A stretch of 55,069 nucleotides of DNA, the filler included, from Sluysia triapertura (taxonomy: Eukaryota): the NCBI GenBank assembly GCA_046118255.1. It is 4 parts of 4 records of this genome, joined end to end, with 100 filler letters (N's around TTAATTAATTAA, not from the genome) between each part and the next. Parts side by side here need not be neighbours in the genome. Positions count along the whole stretch, not along the records: positions 42,229 to 55,069 come from JBJNIA010069064.1; 3 more parts are not named here. One strand, given 5' to 3'. The position numbers and the translations under genes are program-made. The notes under the pieces were generated by a model, which was not told the DNA's origin, ran no database searches, and was given only the letters and a program-made list of their open reading frames with translations. Shown here piece after piece: positions 48,695 through 55,069 of this stretch. Each line of letters opens with the position of its first letter. The stretch's first letter is position 1.

Positions 48695-51600
48695 TGAATT
48701 TTAAGTAATTTGATAATTTTCAAAATTTTATTCTTTTTAGTTTGATTTTTGATGTCAATCGTATAAATTTTGTGAATCATATTTTCGCAAAATTGCATCG
48801 AATTCTGATCTCAGTGAATTTATTGATTATTGAACAAACAAAACTACAAATTGCAATGTGTAAATATAGTTATAAATATATCCCAAATTGAATCGACATT
48901 AGAAACTTGAATTAATGAATTTCTTGCACAATTATTTGATATTGTTTTATTTTTATTTAACCTTTAGTGTACGAATATTAGAAATATCTAACATTTAAAT
49001 TAATACTCAAAATAGACGAATGTTTTATATATCTCACATTTATAAAATTTAATTCAATACAAATATTATGTATAAAAACGTAATATGAATAGTAGATTGT
49101 TCATAAAATGTGGTTTAAGTAGGTAGCATTGAGTTTCCCATTTCTGTAAAATGAATTTCTTATACAATATTATTAAATCTATTTCTGGATTGTTCTTTTA
49201 CACTATTTTATACTATATTTATATTATTAATTTTTTAAGTCCATTCTTATAATAATTATTCTATAGTTAATTACTTTACTCAGTGTACTCTATTATATGG
49301 TCATTTTCTTTATACTATGCATGACTTAATTTTTGTTCTATTTGTTTGGCCTTATTATAATTCACTTATACAGCCATATTTATTTGCCTTCTAATTATTT
49401 GTTGGTTTGTGCCAATTTTAGCTTGTCAGTATTCATTCTTTCAGCATTATTGTCTGATTTGGTAACTAAGTTTATTGTGTTTATTTCGTTTATTTTTGGT
49501 TTGGGGATATTTTAATGCATTATTTTTTTATTTTATTTTAGTCCTAATTTTGTTTTAACCTTTTTCGACCCACTGTCCATATTTCATTAACTACATTCAT
49601 TACAATTGAAATTGACTTATTTCGTTCTAAAAAAATTAAGCTGAGTTTATTTTAAAATTATAATTTGATTTTAATTGTTTCATAAGCCTACATTATCGTT
49701 ATTTTTATTTATAATTATTAAAATCATTTTTTTATCAAGTTTGTCTGACCTTAAAATTTCATATTATTAAGTGTTGCAGTAACATATTTTTATGTAAGTG
49801 TACTTTTGTGTAAACTAAACAAATGTAAGATATAAAAATTAAAATTCAAAATGCCAATGTTTATTTTTGATTACACAATTTGGGACTGATAAATTGATTT
49901 TATTTGGTAAACAAATTTACCACTTTGATTTTATAAAATCTTTTTTGTATAATTTTATAATTTTTTCATTATAATTTATTAGATTATATTGCTTTTTTGC
50001 TGCTGTAAAATATAATATAATACAACGAATATTGTAAAAAAAATATTATAATTGTAAAATAATAAAAAATCATTTATAGAAAATTCAATTATTTATGTGA
50101 TATAAATAAACAAATAATAAGAGTCGACAATCAGCGTTCTGACAGACAAAATGGAAATACATTAAATTAGGATCTGCAAAACGCGAATATGACGTAAATA
50201 TATTCAAAAGTGTGTATTCAATTCTTCGCTTGATTACAGGTGCACGCATTATAATAATATTATTATTATATTATATTAATAAACTTACCATTTTATTATC
50301 TTGTTATAAAATTTAAATAAAATTATTAAACGGATCACTGATATTAGCAATGACAAACAAAATAGTAATATTGTGTTATTAATTATGAAAAATATAAAAA
50401 CGATGAAAGCTTAAAATATATTTTACAATAAATGTCTTCTAATTTTCTGATTATAAAATAAATTTAAAAGATACATAAATGAATTAAAACAATAATAAAA
50501 TGAACATTCATAAAAAGATTTAACACTCAGTATATCAAAGAATATGAAAATAAAAACAACAAACAAATTCTATACTTCATGCAATGTCTGCCAAAAATAA
50601 TTTAAAATGATATTACTAATCAAAGATACAAAATTAATATTAAAATCAATAATGCACACGAGATTTATCAACACACAAGGAAAATAATCCTTAAAATTTC
50701 ATGTATATTATATAAATGACAATTGAAATTTGATTATATTCGATATAAATGTTTTGAAATAAATTAGAAATATTTACTAACCACTCCTTAATTTAAAATA
50801 TTCGTTTTGAACAAGATGTTAAAAACATTGAAATTAAGCAGGGATAACAAATGAGATGTTGCAGATCTATAACAAGAGACATAGTTTATTAAAGGCAAAC
50901 CTGGTACTTCAAAATTATTATTATTATTATTATCATAATAAAAATGATTCGTTTTTAACTGTTTCTTTAATAATTTTTTCATTTTCGTAAATTTTAATAA
51001 AGAAATCGTCTAATAAAACCATAATTAATCGATATATAGTTAATAATTTTCAAAGAATACTGGTCATTCTTAAAAGAACCACTTCTATTTTGCAAAATGT
51101 GGTTATGTTACGACAAACTTAATAAATATTTTTTTGATCATTAAGAATAGAGCATTTGGCTAATAGAAACGGAGTTATTAAATTTTTAAATCTTAAAAAT
51201 CATTTTAATGTTTCTAGATAATGTAAACAGTAATCTATAATTTGAATTGTAAACAGTCTCCGTCAAAATATTTGATTATCTATTTAAAACTAATAACAAA
51301 TACCAAAAAATGAATCATTTATACTATATACTAATTTAAATCTAAAATATTAATTTAACTAGATATATCTACGATAAAAATAAGTTTTTCATTTTTTATT
51401 TGTAATAATAATTTTGAAATAGAAGAAAAAACAATAATAATTTTTAATAATAATTATTATAATTAATTATAATAATTATTCGTAATTATTATAATAATTA
51501 TTCGTAAATAATTTTTAATCTTGCAGTAATTTAACTTTATTCAGTTTCTTTTTGTAGATCTTTGAAAAATGAACACTTCCTTTATTATATTCATTGTGTA

Positions 51601-51723
51601 TTTTACATTCATTGTAAACCGGATGTTAATGTCTATATACATTCATATTTATTTACTTTGTTGGTTTGTGTTAGTTTGTGTCTCTTAATATTCATTTCTA
51701 TTTTAATAAAATTGTAGGTTTTC

Positions 51724-52265
51724 TCATCCTATGTTATTATTGTATGTAAAGGTACAATAAGTACAAAATGATACATTTAAGAAGTTTTTGTATTTGAAAT
51801 CATATTTCACAGTTTTATTAGCCATTTCTTCGTTGTTAGGGAACAAAAACTTTTTACAACTTTCTCCTTTCAATTTACATCTTGCAGGTAATGAACAATT
51901 TGTCAGTGGGCAAAATATACCTAGATCTATTTGACTATCTTCTTTTGGAAATAGTGGATAATATACCGGTCGTATAAGAGTACATTTTATTGTGATAAGA
52001 GAAATGTTTATTATACTGGACCATTCTTCACATTTGCATGTCATTGCGTATGTCCCATTTCGTTTTACTGGAGGTATAATGTTAGTAAAGCTTTTATTTT
52101 CTATACGACATATTTCTGCATTTTCCTGTTTACCATAAATGTCAAAAAGAAAATATGGTCATATAAATTCAGTCATATAATAACTGCTTTTCACGGGTTT
52201 AATACAAAGTTTGAAATTTCTATAACAAGAGTATACATAAACATAATTAAAATAAATAAAAGCAT
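51724..52265 (-). pseudogene. Decayed secreted-type, Cys-rich, N-glycosylation-rich ORF
   Basis: Hydrophobic start MLLFILIMFMYTLV, then a frameshift and an in-frame TGA. The following frame contains sequons NKS, NGT, NIS, NCS, NKT and NVS and about 10 Cys. Confidence 0.4.
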
Positions 52266-54418
52266 AATTCCTTGCTTACAGAAAGGTTGTTGATTGGATT
52301 TTGGTAAAACAAAAAAATTAAAACAAACAGAGAGAGATTAAAAAAAAATAAAAGAAATAATAATAATGAGGATAAAAAGGAAAATAACTATAATAATGAT
52401 AACAATTATGTGGTGATTATATTTATTAATACAGAATTGTTGAAGTTTATTATGACAATTATTATAAAAGTTATTATTTGGTATTTATTATACAACACTA
52501 ATGATTATAATTTTTAACTCAAGTTTAAATGTGACATAAATCGTAATAATAATAATAATAGTTCATGATAGTTAGATGGGATGGTCATGTTTACTTTTAA
52601 ATGAGTTTAGTAGTTCGTTTAATAGTTTGTGTATATGTAGAGCGTTTTTAAGCGATGAATTGTGATGAATATTATGTGATGAATTATGGTGAATATTATG
52701 TGACGAGTTCCCTACAATTTGAATTAAATAAATTAATAAGTATTGTTTAAATCTAAGAAAATTCTAGTAAATAATAACAAAATGGCGGATTTAGAATTAA
52801 TATAAATACAGAAAATTTTATATCGAATTTCGCAATAAAAAGTTTTGGGAACAAGTTTGGAGAGCTAGGATTTTGAAATCAATACAAGCTTTTTCTATGA
52901 TACAAGTAATTCGCTTTTTGAACTTTACCTTACATATGAAAGTTTAACTTTTGACATAAAATATATACTAAACTTGCAAGACCATAAAAAGACTTGCTTA
53001 AATTAATTCTAAAATCATTTTTAAATTACTAAGAATTTTATCTTAAGTAATTATATTGCTATTATGTTTTTATTCATGTTTCAAATTTTTATTTATTATA
53101 AATTTGATTAATAAATTTTTAGAATGTTTGAGAAGTTTTTATATTTGTGATATTGGTATTCAAAATCATTGGAAAGATTTACTAGACCTTACTAAGGCTA
53201 GTTCAACATTTAAACTACTTAAAATCTTTTACTGAATTCGCTAGACCATATCAGGCTAGCCTAATTGCTTATACGACTAGACCATAATTTGGCTAGTTTA
53301 ACATGACGTGAATTAAAGTTTAATTGAGTAATATAACTCATTAAGGTGTAGGTTTACGTGAATACTACAACAAATTCATCATTAAATTGATAATAAGTTT
53401 ATGTTGTTGCTTGTTAAGTTTAGCATATTGAAAATCCTAATAGACCGCCTTCGGTCAGATATAAGCCATATCTATTAGGTGGACTTGCCTCCAGATTCAT
53501 ATTTGCAGGTCATAAGATAGTAAAATCCTCGCAACTCTCTCAGAACAGGAAAAGTAAGTGCCTATTAATTTATAAGAAAATTCTATAGGTACCAAATTAA
53601 GATACGGATATATATTTTGCAAGTAGATTTTACTTAAATAATATAAATAAAAATCATTGAAAACACTGAGTTATTCGTAATTAATTAAGTAGCGCAGTTA
53701 AGTAGTCGCATACTGTAACTGGACCTTGCTCTAAATTATTTTGTTGTTGATAGGCTAATAAGATGAAATCATCAGTACAGTTATATTTTTACAGGATAAC
53801 ATTTTCTTATAAGTTCGCTTTAAATAAGATTATATTGATTTAATTTTGGGAGTCATTACTGATTTAGTTGCGTCACTGTTGGTTAATTGTTATATTTGTG
53901 TAAATTTTGCTAATACTGCTAATAAAGTTAATTGGTAATTAACGGTTGTTTGATTTAAGATTTAACATTTATTCGTAATAATGAATATTTATGGTGATAA
54001 TTGATAAATTCTATTAATTCTAATGCAGAGAATATCATTATGGCTAAATCTTCTTTGGATTTTCTGAGATGTGAATTTAAAGTTCTTCAAGAATTAATTT
54101 AAAGTTTTTAAAAGACTTAAGAATATTATGATACATCAAATCTTTTTAATTTTGTTTTTGTTTCTAAATTTTGTTGGGAATGCAAACAAAACAATGCAAG
54201 AGTAACAATAAACAAACAAAACAATAATGTTGCTGGAGTAACAATAAATAGAACGAGATAATATTACTACCATTGATAATAATAATATTCTATTTCAGTT
54301 ATTTATTTTATTTATTTGATATTTTATTTTAGTTATTTATTTTATTTTATTGGATAATAGTTCTTAAATATTATTATTATATTATAATATAAATGACAAT
54401 TTTAATTTAAAAAATTAC

Positions 54419-54805
54419 TGTTTTAATAAATCAAAACATTTAATATACCAAATTGTTTTAATAAATCAAAACATTTAATATACCAAAATAAAATCAAGTA
54501 GGAGGAAGTAAGAATTAGTAAGTATAATACTAAAATTTTAGAAACAAAACGCAGTTTTAGAATCGAAATATGAGTTTCAGCCGTACCAAAAATTATTTTT
54601 GGACTTCAAGAGATTTATTTATTCAATTCAACTTGTATTCCATGCGTAGGTAAATTTTTAGTTGGTAAGTTTTTAATTCTAACCTTAAAGGAAGGATATT
54701 AAAATCGACTTAAATTCTAACATATCATCCTATATCGTAACCGGATGGGTTAAAATCACTTCTAAAATCTTCAATCACTTCTAAAATCTTCAATCACTTC
54801 TAAAA
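54419..54805. repeat. Two short tandem duplications
   Basis: 35-bp unit twice at 54419-54486; 19-bp AATCACTTCTAAAATCTTC about 2.7 times at 54754-54805. Confidence 0.85.
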
Positions 54806-55069
54806 ATGAAGAATTTAACGTTTGAAAATGGTATTGATAATATCATAAAAAAATATGAAGTATTAAGTACAGATTGTAGTGGCCAACCTCATAATTTAAG
54901 ATTAAAATAAATCTTCTTAAAATAACAGTACTCACAACATCTTTTAAACATAAACATCACTCAATTCATTTCATAAAACAATAATATACAACCTTAACAT
55001 TTCACCAAACTACATCCAACAACAAATTAATCCATATCTTAACATTCCCAACTCAATAAATTCTTACAT

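Noticed and set aside
12594-52265. Stop-codon reassignment suggested by in-frame TAA/TGA in several relics
   Set aside because: All 19 dynein, GTF3C1 and myosin exons are stop-free under the standard code and myosin ends in TAA. The stops occur only in loci that also carry frameshifts.

Overview
Very AT-rich eukaryotic, almost certainly animal, genomic DNA with GT-AG introns. The window is not contiguous. Three artificial 100-nt spacers (N44-TTAATTAATTAA-N44 at 15856-15955, 31112-31211, 42129-42228) join four separate scaffolds, and there is one ordinary gap (9205-9340). Scaffold A (1-15855) holds five internal exons of an outer-arm beta-type axonemal dynein heavy chain (DNAH9/11/17 family, stalk to AAA5). 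Its large introns carry, on the opposite strand, two Unkempt-derived CCCH zinc-finger loci, a decayed repeat-containing ORF and an IPT/TIG-like exon. Scaffold B (15956-31111) holds the first 10 exons of the TFIIIC B-box-binding subunit (GTF3C1), with 33-37-nt introns beside kb-sized introns. Those larger introns contain a piggyBac relic, a probable Ulp1-protease non-LTR relic, an ABHD17 pseudogene fragment and a possible DP-like/C2H2 relic. Scaffold C (31212-42128) has no recognisable host gene. It contains a tRNA-Ala-like element, a 72-bp TTAA MITE, and a decayed Maverick/Polinton (pPolB plus integrase) interrupted by a hAT MITE with a perfect 8-bp TSD. Scaffold D (42229-55069) holds the last four exons of a non-muscle myosin II heavy chain, followed by repeats and a decayed Cys-rich, glycosylation-rich ORF. 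Protein identities come from my manual translation and recalled family motifs, not from database searches.
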